Below, one piece after another: positions 8,307 to 17,988 of a stretch of 64,000 bases of DNA (positions are counted from its first letter, which is position 1; each line of letters starts with the position of its first letter). Position numbers and translations under genes: made by a program. The stretch is from a virus: positions 14,878 to 78,877 of the IMG/VR virus record IMGVR_UViG_3300009130_001805; one strand, written 5' to 3'. The notes beneath the pieces were generated by a model. The model had not been told where the DNA came from. It ran no database searches and saw only the letters and a program-made list of their open reading frames with translations.

Positions 8307-10728
8307 TTGCCATAGCCTCTAGGCTACAAGCAGAAGCTTCTGTGTTTGGTTTGGCTTCGGAGTCTGTTGATTTTTCAACTTTACTTGCAGCCCTATTTCT
8401 TAAGTAGTAAGTTGTCTTGAGTCCAGCTTCCCAGCATGCAGTATAAATATCATTTAAATATTTTAATGATGTGTTTTTATTGTAAAGGTTGAAGCTGATT
8501 GCTTGGTCTAACCATTTTTGTCTGACTGCGTTACACTCTATTAGTTTAAACATATCCCTGTCGAAGGCTGTTTTGTACTTATCTTTTACCCAAGAGGGTA
8601 TTTCACCATTAAGGAGGTTAATATCTCCGTCTACATTTTTAACCATTTTAGATAAATCATCAGACCATAACCCTAGATTTTTCATATCTTTTACAAAATA
8701 AGGGTTTGTTATATAAGAATTTCCGCTTTTATTTTCATAAACAAACAAAACTGAAAAATTTGGCTCGATACTCTGTTCCACTCCATTTATATAGCCAATA
8801 GTTGCAGTCGGTGCGATTGCCATGGTGTTGGAATTTCTCATTCCATGTTCTTTTATTAGACCTCTAACATCCGTCCAATCAAAATTAGTTTTTTGAGATC
8901 GTTTTTTTCCTCGATAATCCATGAGGTTATTCCAGCTATCTAGTGGAAGTATGTCTTGATCCCAGAGTGACCCGGAAAAAGACTTATAAGCACCTCTTTC
9001 CTTTGCAAGCAAAGCGCTAGATCTTATTGCGTGTAAACTAAAATACTCAAATAGTTTGTCATTGAATGACACGCTATCTTTTGAATCTATATTGATATTG
9101 AGAGTATGAAGGACGTCGTGAATGCCCATCATACCAAGGCCTATTGGTCTATGAGTTAGATTTGAATTAGCAGACTCCTTGGTTGGATAAAAATTTAAAT
9201 CTATAACATTATCAAGCATTCTTATTGCTGTAGAAATAGTACTTGATAATAATGTCCAGTCGATATCAACTCGTGATACTGAGCCATCTCTTTTATATAA
9301 GGTTCTCAGATGGTTTAAAAGATTAATTGAACCTAGATTACATACTGCAGTTTCCCCAACTTCCTCCTTCTCTCCATTTTTGTACTTAGAGGGTTTTGTG
9401 TGCAATGTTATTTCTGTACACAAATTAGAGCTATTAACTGGACCTTCGTGCTGATTGGTGTATCTAATATTGCAGGAGTCCTTAAAAGTATTCCACGGAT
9501 GAGAGGTTTCAAATAAAACTCTAAGCATTTTTTTCCACAGGTCTTTAGCTTTAATTTTTCTGAAAGACTTTATCTCGTTATCTTCCGCCTTGCGACAATA
9601 GTAAGCGTATTTTTTGTCAAAATCTGCGCCAAAAAGACTGTGAAGATCTTTGCATTCGCTGGGGTCGAACATATACCAGTCATCTTCATTTTTAACCCTC
9701 CTCATGAATTCATCGGGTATCCAAGAGGCTGTATTCATGTCGTGGCATCTGATTCTGTCGTCACCAGTATTTTTTCTTAGATTCAAAAAATCTTCAAAAT
9801 CTAAATGCCAAGGCTCTAGGTAAGCGCACCCAGCTCCGGGTCTTTTGCCGCCTTGGTTGACTGCAATTAATGTATCATTAAAGATTTTTAGCCAAGGAAC
9901 TAGACCGCTTGATATGCCATTCGTTCCCTTTATGTGAGATCCGGTTGATCTAAAATTTGTTACATCTAGACCTAGCCCTCCGGCATATTTTGATTTTCTA
10001 GCCTCTTGCCAAACTCCATCAAAAATTCCATCTATACTATCATCAAAAGTATTTAGGTAGCAGGAGCTTAGTTGAGAGTGGGTGGTGCCGCTATTAAATA
10101 ATGTTGGAGTCGAGGGCGTATACATGAATTGACTCATTAAATTATAAAACTCAATAGCTTTATCATCTTTATCTTTTTCGTTAATTGCTAGACCCATAGC
10201 AACCCTCATCCAAAAAGATTGTGGAGCTTCAAGTATTTTCCCTTCGGATCTTATTAGGTATCTATCAAAAATAGTCTGTATCCCTAGGTATTTAAAGGAC
10301 TTGTCTCTGGATATACATAAAGACTCTGATAGCTTTTTTAAATCAAAAGATAAAAGATCCTTAGAAAGTCTGCCAAGAGAAACTAGAGATTTGACATTTT
10401 GTATAAAACTCTTTCTGTACTGCAATTCAAAGGCGTCTGAGTCGACACCCTCCTTAAATACTTCTTTGTATAAGCAATTTAATAAAATTCTTGCTGCCGC
10501 GAATGAATAATTCGGCTCTTTTTCTATTTTTTCTCTGGCTGATAGGATGAGAGCCTTATCGATTTCTTGGGTTGTTATTTTGTCAAACAATTGAAGTTTT
10601 GCATCTAAAACAATTTCACTGGCGGATATATCATCTATGTCCTCGCAGGCCCTAATTGCGCATGCGTTAATCTTGTCGACGTTAAACTCTTGCAAGCGTC
10701 CGTTTCTTTTTTTTACTTTAATGTCCAT
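8278..10728 (-). CDS. nrdA: Ribonucleotide reductase alpha subunit with ATP cone
   Basis: VKKRNGRLQEF ATP cone, STPTLFN, SSCYL, SSNLCTEI, AVCNLGS, APTATI, KTTYYLR, C-terminal CESC. Confidence 0.97.
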   Translation of the reverse strand: MDIKVKKRNGRLQEFNVDKINACAIRACEDIDDISASEIVLDAKLQLFDKITTQEIDKALILSAREKIEKEPNYSFAAARILLNCLYKEVFKEGVDSDAFELQYRKSFIQNVKSLVSLGRLSKDLLSFDLKKLSESLCISRDKSFKYLGIQTIFDRYLIRSEGKILEAPQSFWMRVAMGLAINEKDKDDKAIEFYNLMSQFMYTPSTPTLFNSGTTHSQLSSCYLNTFDDSIDGIFDGVWQEARKSKYAGGLGLDVTNFRSTGSHIKGTNGISSGLVPWLKIFNDTLIAVNQGGKRPGAGCAYLEPWHLDFEDFLNLRKNTGDDRIRCHDMNTASWIPDEFMRRVKNEDDWYMFDPSECKDLHSLFGADFDKKYAYYCRKAEDNEIKSFRKIKAKDLWKKMLRVLFETSHPWNTFKDSCNIRYTNQHEGPVNSSNLCTEITLHTKPSKYKNGEKEEVGETAVCNLGSINLLNHLRTLYKRDGSVSRVDIDWTLLSSTISTAIRMLDNVIDLNFYPTKESANSNLTHRPIGLGMMGIHDVLHTLNINIDSKDSVSFNDKLFEYFSLHAIRSSALLAKERGAYKSFSGSLWDQDILPLDSWNNLMDYRGKKRSQKTNFDWTDVRGLIKEHGMRNSNTMAIAPTATIGYINGVEQSIEPNFSVLFVYENKSGNSYITNPYFVKDMKNLGLWSDDLSKMVKNVDGDINLLNGEIPSWVKDKYKTAFDRDMFKLIECNAVRQKWLDQAISFNLYNKNTSLKYLNDIYTACWEAGLKTTYYLRNRAASKVEKSTDSEAKPNTEASACSLEAMANGGTCESCQ

Positions 10729-10736
10729 CGGTTTCT

Positions 10737-10773
10737 TTACACGAATAATAGCATATTATTGGAGAGATATCAA
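10737..10773 (-). promoter_or_regulatory. Tandem sigma70 and GTGTAA promoter elements for nrdA
   Basis: TTGATA-17-TATTAT, followed by GTGTAA 8 nt before ATG. Confidence 0.6.
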
Positions 10774-10789
10774 GAATAAAATTAGGATG

Positions 10790-11485
10790 TTAATAACATT
10801 CTGCATTACTAGGCTTAAAAAATTTGCAACGGTTATAAAGATCATTAAATTGACTGCGCCTTGGGGTGTCGAAATAATCCTCGAGCTCTTTGTTTGCTCG
10901 AATTTTACTTGACTTTTTAACTTTAGAACAATCGAAAGATAAATTTTTCATTTTACTTAATGTTTTGATGTAGTTTGAAAACTCATTGAATGAATCGCAA
11001 ATATTTTCGTATTCAACGATAGCCACATTCTCCTCTGGTAGTAATTTGACTTGGCTATTTATATAAAGAAGGTTATCTTCTTGAACTCTAGCAGCATGCA
11101 GGAGCGTCATTCCATTATGCTTATCAAATCTTTCCCAAGAGGATAAAGTTGATTGCACAATATCTCTTAAGCAAATTATAAAAAAAAGTTTTAAATTAAA
11201 ATTTTTAGAAAATAAATCATTAAACAGTTTTATGTCAAATCTTCTCAAGGGGTCAAGTGGTCTATTGTATGGGAATGACGCTCTTTCTATGTGGTCTAAG
11301 TTTGGATGGGATGTTAAGTAATTATTTATTTCACTCTCCTTGGTTTTATTTGAATGAAATGAAGATTTGTTAGAGAAGTAATCTAGTAATAAATCATGAA
11401 ATACTTTGTCTTGTTTGAATGAGCAAGTTTCTGCGAATAGATGATGCCCTGAGCCTTCATTGCCGATTAAGAACAATATATTCAT
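10790..11485 (-). CDS. PAPS-dependent sulfotransferase-like protein
   Basis: N-terminal LIGNEGSGHH loop (5'-PSB-like), IICLRDIVQS (3'-PB R..S motif), IVEYENI. Confidence 0.65.
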   Translation of the reverse strand: MNILFLIGNEGSGHHLFAETCSFKQDKVFHDLLLDYFSNKSSFHSNKTKESEINNYLTSHPNLDHIERASFPYNRPLDPLRRFDIKLFNDLFSKNFNLKLFFIICLRDIVQSTLSSWERFDKHNGMTLLHAARVQEDNLLYINSQVKLLPEENVAIVEYENICDSFNEFSNYIKTLSKMKNLSFDCSKVKKSSKIRANKELEDYFDTPRRSQFNDLYNRCKFFKPSNAECY

Positions 11486-12132
11486 TGGGCCTTATTGCTT
11501 TTGGTTAAAATTGATTCTGTGGACCCTGAGCAAAATCTATATATATGCAGCGCGTCGTTTTCTAGGTAAATACTAGAGGATACTTTGGGGTAAAGCCTTT
11601 TGAGCCAATCTATGTCTTCCATGGATTGACCTGAGTCCCCGCTTGAATATACGCCTTTAAAAGATTCTGACCGAGCTAGGGAAGATTTCCAAACGCACCA
11701 GTGATATGGTGGGCGAAGGGTGTCTTTATACTTGCCTGTGAAAGGGTTTATTCTTACGTCTTCATGTGGGTTGCCCATCTTTGCGAAAACCTTCGCTTCT
11801 AAACCATCTAAGTAACACTGCTGGTTAAATGAGATTACATCAGTATCTGGGTTGCTGGATATAGCTTTTATTATTTTTTTAATATAATCCTCGGATATGT
11901 CGTCATCATCATCCAGAAATGTGAGATGGCCACCTCTCGCAATATTCATGAGTTCATTTCTTTTTTCAAAAATATGCAATGATTTATTGTCTAGTAATGA
12001 GAGTATCTCTACTTCGTCACTTTCTCCTATTTGAGTTGATAATTTATTTAATAAAGGTAAGAATATCTCTAGCCTACTAGGTATAGATAGAATTAAAATA
12101 CTTAACTTAATGTTGTTGGGATCTTTAGGCAT
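11482..12132 (-). CDS. GT-A (GT2-like) glycosyltransferase
   Basis: LSILILS, KRNELM..ARG, TFLDDDD (DxD), EDIDW. Confidence 0.85.
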   Translation of the reverse strand: MPKDPNNIKLSILILSIPSRLEIFLPLLNKLSTQIGESDEVEILSLLDNKSLHIFEKRNELMNIARGGHLTFLDDDDDISEDYIKKIIKAISSNPDTDVISFNQQCYLDGLEAKVFAKMGNPHEDVRINPFTGKYKDTLRPPYHWCVWKSSLARSESFKGVYSSGDSGQSMEDIDWLKRLYPKVSSSIYLENDALHIYRFCSGSTESILTKSNKAQ

Positions 12133-12796
12133 TGTATTCTCTGGTTATAAAGTCTTGAAAGTATTCTTCCGCATCTAGTATTCTTCCGCATCCAGCATAA
12201 ACCTGACCGACAAAATGCTTGGGGTCTCTAATGCCCGGCAGTGGGATTTTTTGAAAAAAAGTGTCATGTGTGTGGGATTTAGATTTGACTATTGGGTATA
12301 TAATATCTCTTAGGAAATTTTGGTCGACTTGCCAGAAGTTGCCTTTGTGATATTCCTCGCATAAATCTTTCATATTTTTAAGTAGACCATTGCGTACTCC
12401 CCACATGCCTCCGAGGATGGGGACATTATGGAATTGGTGGTCTTTTATGATATGAAAATCTTTATCACTTTTCAACCATTCTTCTACCGCTAATTTCTCT
12501 CTGAACCATAATCTGGAATCACAGTCCCTTACAATAAGGGCGTCAACGCTTTGATCGCTTGCAGCCCAAAATCGCCAAAACATACCTTTCCAGTCGCCCT
12601 CTTCATCCATATTAATAATTTCAACATTATTGAACTCCGAGAGGTAGGTTACTATATGTTCTGGGACGCTTTTTCCTACATAAAATCTGCATACCCAATC
12701 TGGGTAAACAGACTTAGCTAGGGAGGCATTATGTAATGCACCCATAGTATATCTAGGGTTATCACCCCACAGGCTGAAAGAGATTATTTTTTTCAA
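12125..12796 (-). CDS. Putative GT-A-fold glycosyltransferase
   Basis: ISFSLWG..RY..GA..N, MFWRF, VRDCDSR (DxD), ILGGMWG, DQ.FL; lies within the GT operon. Confidence 0.6.
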   Translation of the reverse strand: MKKIISFSLWGDNPRYTMGALHNASLAKSVYPDWVCRFYVGKSVPEHIVTYLSEFNNVEIINMDEEGDWKGMFWRFWAASDQSVDALIVRDCDSRLWFREKLAVEEWLKSDKDFHIIKDHQFHNVPILGGMWGVRNGLLKNMKDLCEEYHKGNFWQVDQNFLRDIIYPIVKSKSHTHDTFFQKIPLPGIRDPKHFVGQVYAGCGRILDAEEYFQDFITREYNA

Positions 12797-13479
12797 AACT
12801 TTTTTAAGCTGAAGGTTAAAAAGCCATCCCCACCTTGTTTTTCTTTACTGGTTAATAGTTTATTGAAATCTACAGCAGGCCAAACATAGGAGCAATTTAT
12901 GTTGAATTTAGAGGATAGGGCTAGCTGTTTACTAATGGTGTTATGTTTATGTTGGGAGTGAGTTGCTATTATAAGGTTTTTAATTATCCCGGTATCTAGG
13001 TAGTCTTTTTTAAGGTCAAGGATAACTTTGTCTTCAGACCCTTGGATGTCCATGTGGAGTAGGTCTATGGAGGTTAAACATTCGTTTTTAAGAATTTGCT
13101 TCAAGTTAAGTTCTGGACCAAATTTTTTAAGATTGGGTTCAATGAATAATCCTCCCCAGTGGCTGGAGCAATTGTAGCCATTAAGCCTGAAGTTATTTTT
13201 ACCCCATTCGTAAAGCGGTTTTTTTAATTCTACGGTTATGTTTCTGCCGTGTGGAAACTTTTGCCTAAAAAGCAAAGACCACATACAGCAATGGCTACCT
13301 AATTCAACCATTGTTGGTGTGTTGCTTTTTATGTTTTTTATAATTTTATAAAATTCGTTTTGTTCAGCATGGGGCATGCAGATACGCTTAAAGCTGTCAA
13401 ATCCGGAGCAGATTTGTGGGTCTTTAAAGTCGGCAAAAAGAAGACCTTTGTATTTGTGTATGGTGCTTGACTTGTTCAC
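12793..13479 (-). CDS. FkbM-family SAM methyltransferase
   Basis: MVELGS..WS, ITVE, IDLLHMDIQGSE, IIATHS. Confidence 0.8.
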   Translation of the reverse strand: MNKSSTIHKYKGLLFADFKDPQICSGFDSFKRICMPHAEQNEFYKIIKNIKSNTPTMVELGSHCCMWSLLFRQKFPHGRNITVELKKPLYEWGKNNFRLNGYNCSSHWGGLFIEPNLKKFGPELNLKQILKNECLTSIDLLHMDIQGSEDKVILDLKKDYLDTGIIKNLIIATHSQHKHNTISKQLALSSKFNINCSYVWPAVDFNKLLTSKEKQGGDGFLTFSLKKF

Positions 13480-14141
13480 TTAGGGAATCCCTCGCTTTGT
13501 CTAGATAGGAAAGTTCTTTTATCTTCTTGGTCTAACTTTTCGTTCCTGAGGTAAAGCAGGTCATAACTTGTTTCGTTGTTTGGTACTGAGTGGTGTCTGT
13601 GTCTGATTATTATGTCGTTAAAATATTTGTATTTACCTGTCTTTTTTAGGACGTCTGTGAATTCTCTATCACACCATAAGGATTTGTAAGAGGGGTGGTA
13701 TATATACCCAAATCGATCATAGTATTTTTTACCTAATATGGATAGAGTATTAAGGTTGGAGCCTTGTATTCCATCGTTAAACCATAACACCCCGTCTGTG
13801 TCAGGGAAGAATTCTTTCATGCAGTTTACAATGATTGAGCCAAAGCCATCTACTTCTGGGTACATGTCATCACTGGCTAACAGACAGATGTCAAAATCTA
13901 CATCGTCCATATCCGCATTGACCGCCTCTATCTTAGATGCATTATCTCCATGGATAACTGTGGTATTACTGAAGCCTCTGAAATAAGCTTCCATCGCTGG
14001 GTTCTGGAATGATGGGTCGTCTTTATCGCAGGATATGATAAACTTTGTGTCTTTATGTCCACACATTCTTTGATACCTCTGGAAGACCTCCATGAACCTT
14101 CCGGCTCTATTTCTTGTTGGGAATTTAATTAGTAACTTCAT
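13476..14141 (-). CDS. GT-A glycosyltransferase
   Basis: KFPTRNR, CDKDD, LASDDMYP, WCDREF, IRHRH. Confidence 0.75.
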   Translation of the reverse strand: MKLLIKFPTRNRAGRFMEVFQRYQRMCGHKDTKFIISCDKDDPSFQNPAMEAYFRGFSNTTVIHGDNASKIEAVNADMDDVDFDICLLASDDMYPEVDGFGSIIVNCMKEFFPDTDGVLWFNDGIQGSNLNTLSILGKKYYDRFGYIYHPSYKSLWCDREFTDVLKKTGKYKYFNDIIIRHRHHSVPNNETSYDLLYLRNEKLDQEDKRTFLSRQSEGFPK

Positions 14142-14781
14142 TTATTCCAATATCGTGGCCAAAGCCTTTTGAGTGAGTGCCGAAAGCGCCAATGTGTTGG
14201 GCGTATGTTTTTTCGCTGCAAAGCAACTTTTTATTTTTATTCTTAAGTAACTCGAAAAGCTCCCAATCCCAGTTAAACGGATCTTTATTATAGTCTACTT
14301 CTCTAAGATATTCGCAGTTAACTAGCGATGCAAAACCACCCAAGGTTTTCTTTTCATTTAATTCGTCATCATAATTTGAAATTATTTGATGGCTTTTTGT
14401 GTTAAATAAAGAGACTACACCTATATCTGATTTAGATGTAGCTTTGGCGTAGCAGGATCTTAGGAAGTCTAACCAACCGGAGAGGTATACCCCATCTGTT
14501 TCGGCCATAAATATGTAAGGATCTTTTGTTTTGTGGTAAACAAAGTTTAATGCCATAAAGCTGTTTGCGTCGCAACCTGCATTTTCTTTAGATTGGAATA
14601 TGTGTATATCTTTAGCCTTGGGGATTTTAAAATTATTAATTAATTTTACAGTCTTTGGGTTAGAGCTAAAATCATCAAATATCCAAAGCGTATCTTCTTT
14701 GGTGAATGGAGATGACGCTAAGGACTCAAGACATTTCTCTAAATAGTCTGGACGATTATATGTTGTTAAGATAAAATTCAT
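14125..14781 (-). CDS. GT2-like glycosyltransferase
   Basis: TTYNRPDYLEKCLESL, IFDDFS, N.G...N, ETD, WDW, AQHIG. Confidence 0.85.
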   Translation of the reverse strand: MNFILTTYNRPDYLEKCLESLASSPFTKEDTLWIFDDFSSNPKTVKLINNFKIPKAKDIHIFQSKENAGCDANSFMALNFVYHKTKDPYIFMAETDGVYLSGWLDFLRSCYAKATSKSDIGVVSLFNTKSHQIISNYDDELNEKKTLGGFASLVNCEYLREVDYNKDPFNWDWELFELLKNKNKKLLCSEKTYAQHIGAFGTHSKGFGHDIGINEVTN

Positions 14782-15517
14782 TATTTGTGAAGTTGAAGTT
14801 GCCTGCCCAATCTTTTACTTTTATTGTCTCTTCGTGATCTTGGGGTGTGATTGAGTGAACACCTCCGATTGCGCCTATGTTTTGGACTCTACTCATTGTT
14901 GGAATAATTTCTTTCCGATTTTTTCTTAAGAAATTGTTAAGTAGAGCATCCCATCCTCCGTATTTGTATTGCACTTGATATATTGATCCTAAAATTAGCT
15001 CTCTATTTTCCCAAGTGCTTTTCATTCCTCCTTTTTCTTCCCATCTATCTATCCATGTCCCCCACCCTTGATTTGAGAATCTATTTTGAAATTCATATGA
15101 AAAGTGAAGTTCCTTGGGTATAGTTTCATTTGGGTTTCTGTAATGACCTGCGCTAACTGTGTAGATCGAGTCATCGTTTTTAAAGTTTTCCCTGCAAAAA
15201 TTGTGAAATAATAAAAAGTCTTGAGCTAGAACTGTATCATCTTCAATCAATATTACATAGTCACAAGATTCGAATCCTTCTTTGAGTGCGTTGTAGGTAT
15301 TTAATGTATGTCCAACTCTTTGGTTATTTACTGTTAGCTTTACATCGCAAAAATCTATTGATTTAAATAGTGATATTACCTCTTCACTCATTGGCTCGAC
15401 ATGAGGAATGAGGGTTGCGTTTTCTACTCCTATACAACCACTTAAGGAATTAATAACTTTCTTTGTATAGTCAGGTCTATTGCAGGCCGTCATTACGATG
15501 GTGTTACTTATCGACAT
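14756..15517 (-). CDS. GT-A glycosyltransferase (GnT-I/GT13-like motifs)
   Basis: ACNRPDY, ILIEDD, GWGTW, WD, SRVQNIG. Confidence 0.8.
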   Translation of the reverse strand: MSISNTIVMTACNRPDYTKKVINSLSGCIGVENATLIPHVEPMSEEVISLFKSIDFCDVKLTVNNQRVGHTLNTYNALKEGFESCDYVILIEDDTVLAQDFLLFHNFCRENFKNDDSIYTVSAGHYRNPNETIPKELHFSYEFQNRFSNQGWGTWIDRWEEKGGMKSTWENRELILGSIYQVQYKYGGWDALLNNFLRKNRKEIIPTMSRVQNIGAIGGVHSITPQDHEETIKVKDWAGNFNFTNNEFYLNNI

Positions 15518-15816
15518 ATTTTTCCCTTAATGAAAGTTTGTTGATTCTTTACTACAGTTTCTAATTTCGTTGTATAACCAGACCAATTTCTTTTACGGGA
15601 GAGGTGTCCGAGCTTACATAGCCTGTTGAGGCTGCTGCGAACTGTATTCGGGTGGCACTTAATCTCCTTGGCTAAGGATTCTATGTTTAGATGGAACTCT
15701 TTGCCGTTGTATGATTTTCTGCAAAGAGCGTAATATAGCGTGCCGTCTTTGTCTTTTAGGTTGCCTGATACGATGTCTTCATGTAAGGCTTCTGGTATCA
15801 TTCTGAAAAAACTCAT
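15508..15816 (-). CDS. Winged-HTH protein (regulator or replication-initiator-like)
   Basis: LYYAL...IESLAKEIKCHPNTVRSSLNRLCKLGHL; start reassigned to ATG 15816 because the longer ORF overlaps its own promoter. Confidence 0.75.
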   Translation of the reverse strand: MSFFRMIPEALHEDIVSGNLKDKDGTLYYALCRKSYNGKEFHLNIESLAKEIKCHPNTVRSSLNRLCKLGHLSRKRNWSGYTTKLETVVKNQQTFIKGKICR

Positions 15817-15823
15817 TCCGCAT

Positions 15824-15852
15824 ATCTTACTACGAAAACAGAAAGAAGTCAA
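15824..15852 (-). promoter_or_regulatory. Sigma70 promoter for the wHTH-glycan operon
   Basis: TTGACT-17-TAAGAT, 7 nt to ATG. Confidence 0.7.
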
Positions 15853-15928
15853 CAAAAAAATGTGGGAGGGTCACAGAAAATTGTGAGTCACCTACTTTTT
15901 GCTGTGAGTCTCCCTACAAAAAATTGTT
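15851..15928. repeat. 21-bp-phased direct repeats inside an imperfect inverted repeat (iteron/operator-like)
   Basis: TGTG at 15861, 15882 and 15903, TGTT at 15925; TGTGAGTC twice; arms TGTGGGAGGGTCACAG and CTGTGAGTCTCCCTACA. Confidence 0.6.
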
Positions 15929-15995
15929 ACTTCAATATATATTATAGCCTTAATAGAGGAAATATACCCTTTATAGATGATGTCGACTTAAAGTC

Positions 15996-16024
15996 TTGAC
16001 AAACAACTGGAAATAAGTTATTAT
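15996..16024 (+). promoter_or_regulatory. Sigma70 promoter, probably leaderless, for the dut-sigma-ssb operon
   Basis: TTGACA-17-TATTAT, 6 nt to ATG 16031. Confidence 0.75.
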
Positions 16025-16030
16025 AGACGG

Positions 16031-16333
16031 ATGCTACTCAGAAAAGAAAAAGAAAAAGAGAGAATGTTTCTAGTGTCCTGCGCTGATTGGGAATTGGCAG
16101 TTAAGGCTAGGGACGCAGAAGAAGCTTGCACTAAAGCCATAGAAAAAATGCTGGAAGAATACGGGAAAAGAGTTAAGGTCTCGCCCGTTATGCTATCCTT
16201 TGATTTTTCTTCCTACGCAGAAGATGCTGACTCGGATTCAGCAACTAAAATAGTAACTGCCTCATCCATGCTGGCAAACGCTGGTCACCATAAGTGGGCA
16301 AAAGGAATGAACTCTATATTCGGGAACAAATAA
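16031..16333 (+). CDS. Hypothetical protein
   Basis: 100-aa ORF directly after the promoter, abutting dut. Confidence 0.7.
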   Translation: MLLRKEKEKERMFLVSCADWELAVKARDAEEACTKAIEKMLEEYGKRVKVSPVMLSFDFSSYAEDADSDSATKIVTASSMLANAGHHKWAKGMNSIFGNK

Positions 16334-16334
16334 A

Positions 16335-16835
16335 ATGGAAATAAATGTAAACTCAGAAATTAATAGTTTTAATATGCCTGCCAATCCGGGGGATGCAGGG
16401 TACGATATTACTGCACATTCAGACCCGCACATTGAGGGCAAGAAGCACAAGTCTAGCCTGTACTCAGAAATAAGCTATATAGAGTACGATACAGGCGTAA
16501 GCCTATCTCCCAGCGAGAACCAGATATTCACACTACTCTACCCAAGATCTTCTATCTCGAAATACAATCTCTCACTAGCTAATAGTGTTGGAGTTATTGA
16601 CTCAGGCTACATAAACACAATAAAAGTCAGGTTTAAATACTACCCACAACCAGCAGATATATCGCTTGTTGATAACAAAATTTATTTTAAAATTAATAAA
16701 AATAAAATTTATAAAAAAGGGGATAAAATAGGACAACTGATTTTTACTTACCATGTTCACCCTCAAGTAAATAGAGTTAATCAGCTAAACAATACAGTAA
16801 GGGGATTTTCCGGCTTTGGGAGCACAGGTCTATAA
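16335..16835 (+). CDS. dut: Trimeric dUTPase
   Basis: AGYDI, YPRSS, NSVGVIDSGY, KIGQL, RGFSGFGSTG. Confidence 0.95.
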   Translation: MEINVNSEINSFNMPANPGDAGYDITAHSDPHIEGKKHKSSLYSEISYIEYDTGVSLSPSENQIFTLLYPRSSISKYNLSLANSVGVIDSGYINTIKVRFKYYPQPADISLVDNKIYFKINKNKIYKKGDKIGQLIFTYHVHPQVNRVNQLNNTVRGFSGFGSTGL

Positions 16836-17401
16836 TGAACTTTCCTAAAGTCATAGGAGTCTCAGGGGTAGCGCGTTCAGGAAAAGATACATTCTGTGAA
16901 ATAGCTCTTGCTTATTTTTCCCAATGGGGTATATTAGGTCGTAGAGAAGCATTTGCGGATGAGCTAAAAAAAGACTTAGATCAATTCTTGATTGAAAAAT
17001 TTAACATCAGCTCATTTACTACCAACGATGAGGAAAAGAAAATAATCCGCCCAATGATGGTTTCATATGGAGAATCCAAGCGAGACCTCACTAAGGGAAT
17101 GTGCTGGATTGATAAGCTTAAAAAAAATATAGAAAAAAATATAGATCAAAATATAATAACCTTTATTAGCGACGTGAGGTACCCGAACGAATCTAATTGG
17201 ATTAAAAAAGACTATAATGGAACCACAGTACACATCAGTAGGGAAAATAACCTCCCCGCGAACGAAGAAGAGGCATACAATGATCCGTTGGTTCAGGACG
17301 TATCTGAATTCAAAATACAATGGCCTAACTTCGAAAGTGATATAAAATTAGCTAATCCCTATGTGCTCGAAACCCTTCAAGAAATCTCAAGATCCTCTTA
17401 A
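16835..17401 (+). CDS. Deoxynucleoside monophosphate kinase
   Basis: GVSGVARSGKDT, AFADELK, ISDVRYPNE (T4 gp1/T5-like). Confidence 0.9.
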   Translation: MNFPKVIGVSGVARSGKDTFCEIALAYFSQWGILGRREAFADELKKDLDQFLIEKFNISSFTTNDEEKKIIRPMMVSYGESKRDLTKGMCWIDKLKKNIEKNIDQNIITFISDVRYPNESNWIKKDYNGTTVHISRENNLPANEEEAYNDPLVQDVSEFKIQWPNFESDIKLANPYVLETLQEISRSS

Positions 17402-17987
17402 AAATCTTTCAGACTTAGAGTTGATTGAAAATATTCGCAATAAAAAGAATGCAGACCAGTGTTTTAATTCTATAATGTGCAGGCATAATGGCATATACTT
17501 AGACATGGTTCATACCTACAACCAAAGAGTTGATAATGAATCTCACAAGAAAGAGTTAATTGATGAAATGCATTATAATATATATAAAGCCGTAATGAAA
17601 TACGACCCCAGTAAAGGCGCGAAATTTTCCACCCATTTAGGTAATGAAACAAAGTGGATGTGCCTAAATAGGCATAATAAAAATAGAAAAACAAAAACTT
17701 TTTTACTTGACGAAACCACTAAAAGTATGTTATCATGTTCTAATGATGGAGAAATAGCCAGATCAATCAATAACGAAATAATAGAAAAAGTTTTAGAGAT
17801 TGTAGGAGATCATCCAGACAAAAGAGTAAAAAAAATATTTAAAATGAGATATATTATTGGCAATAAAAACAAGGTTATGCCTTGGAAACAAATAAGTAGC
17901 GCTATGGATATAAGCGTTCAAGGTTGTATCAATATTCATAACTCAGCTTTAAACAAGATTAAAACCAAATTAGCAAAGGAGACTTAA
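17361..17987 (+). CDS. Phage sigma70-family sigma factor
   Basis: SDLELI, region 2 KAVMKYDPSKGAKFSTHL, region 4 HTH IFKMRY...WKQISSAMDIS...IHNSALNKIK. Confidence 0.85.
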   Translation: MCSKPFKKSQDPLKNLSDLELIENIRNKKNADQCFNSIMCRHNGIYLDMVHTYNQRVDNESHKKELIDEMHYNIYKAVMKYDPSKGAKFSTHLGNETKWMCLNRHNKNRKTKTFLLDETTKSMLSCSNDGEIARSINNEIIEKVLEIVGDHPDKRVKKIFKMRYIIGNKNKVMPWKQISSAMDISVQGCINIHNSALNKIKTKLAKET

Positions 17988-17988
17988 A

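Noticed and set aside
8278-10728. Intein or intron in nrdA
   Set aside because: Length and motif spacing are normal for an ATP-cone NrdA
15851-15928. Mini-CRISPR array
   Set aside because: The units are degenerate, 21 bp in total, with no spacers and no cas genes
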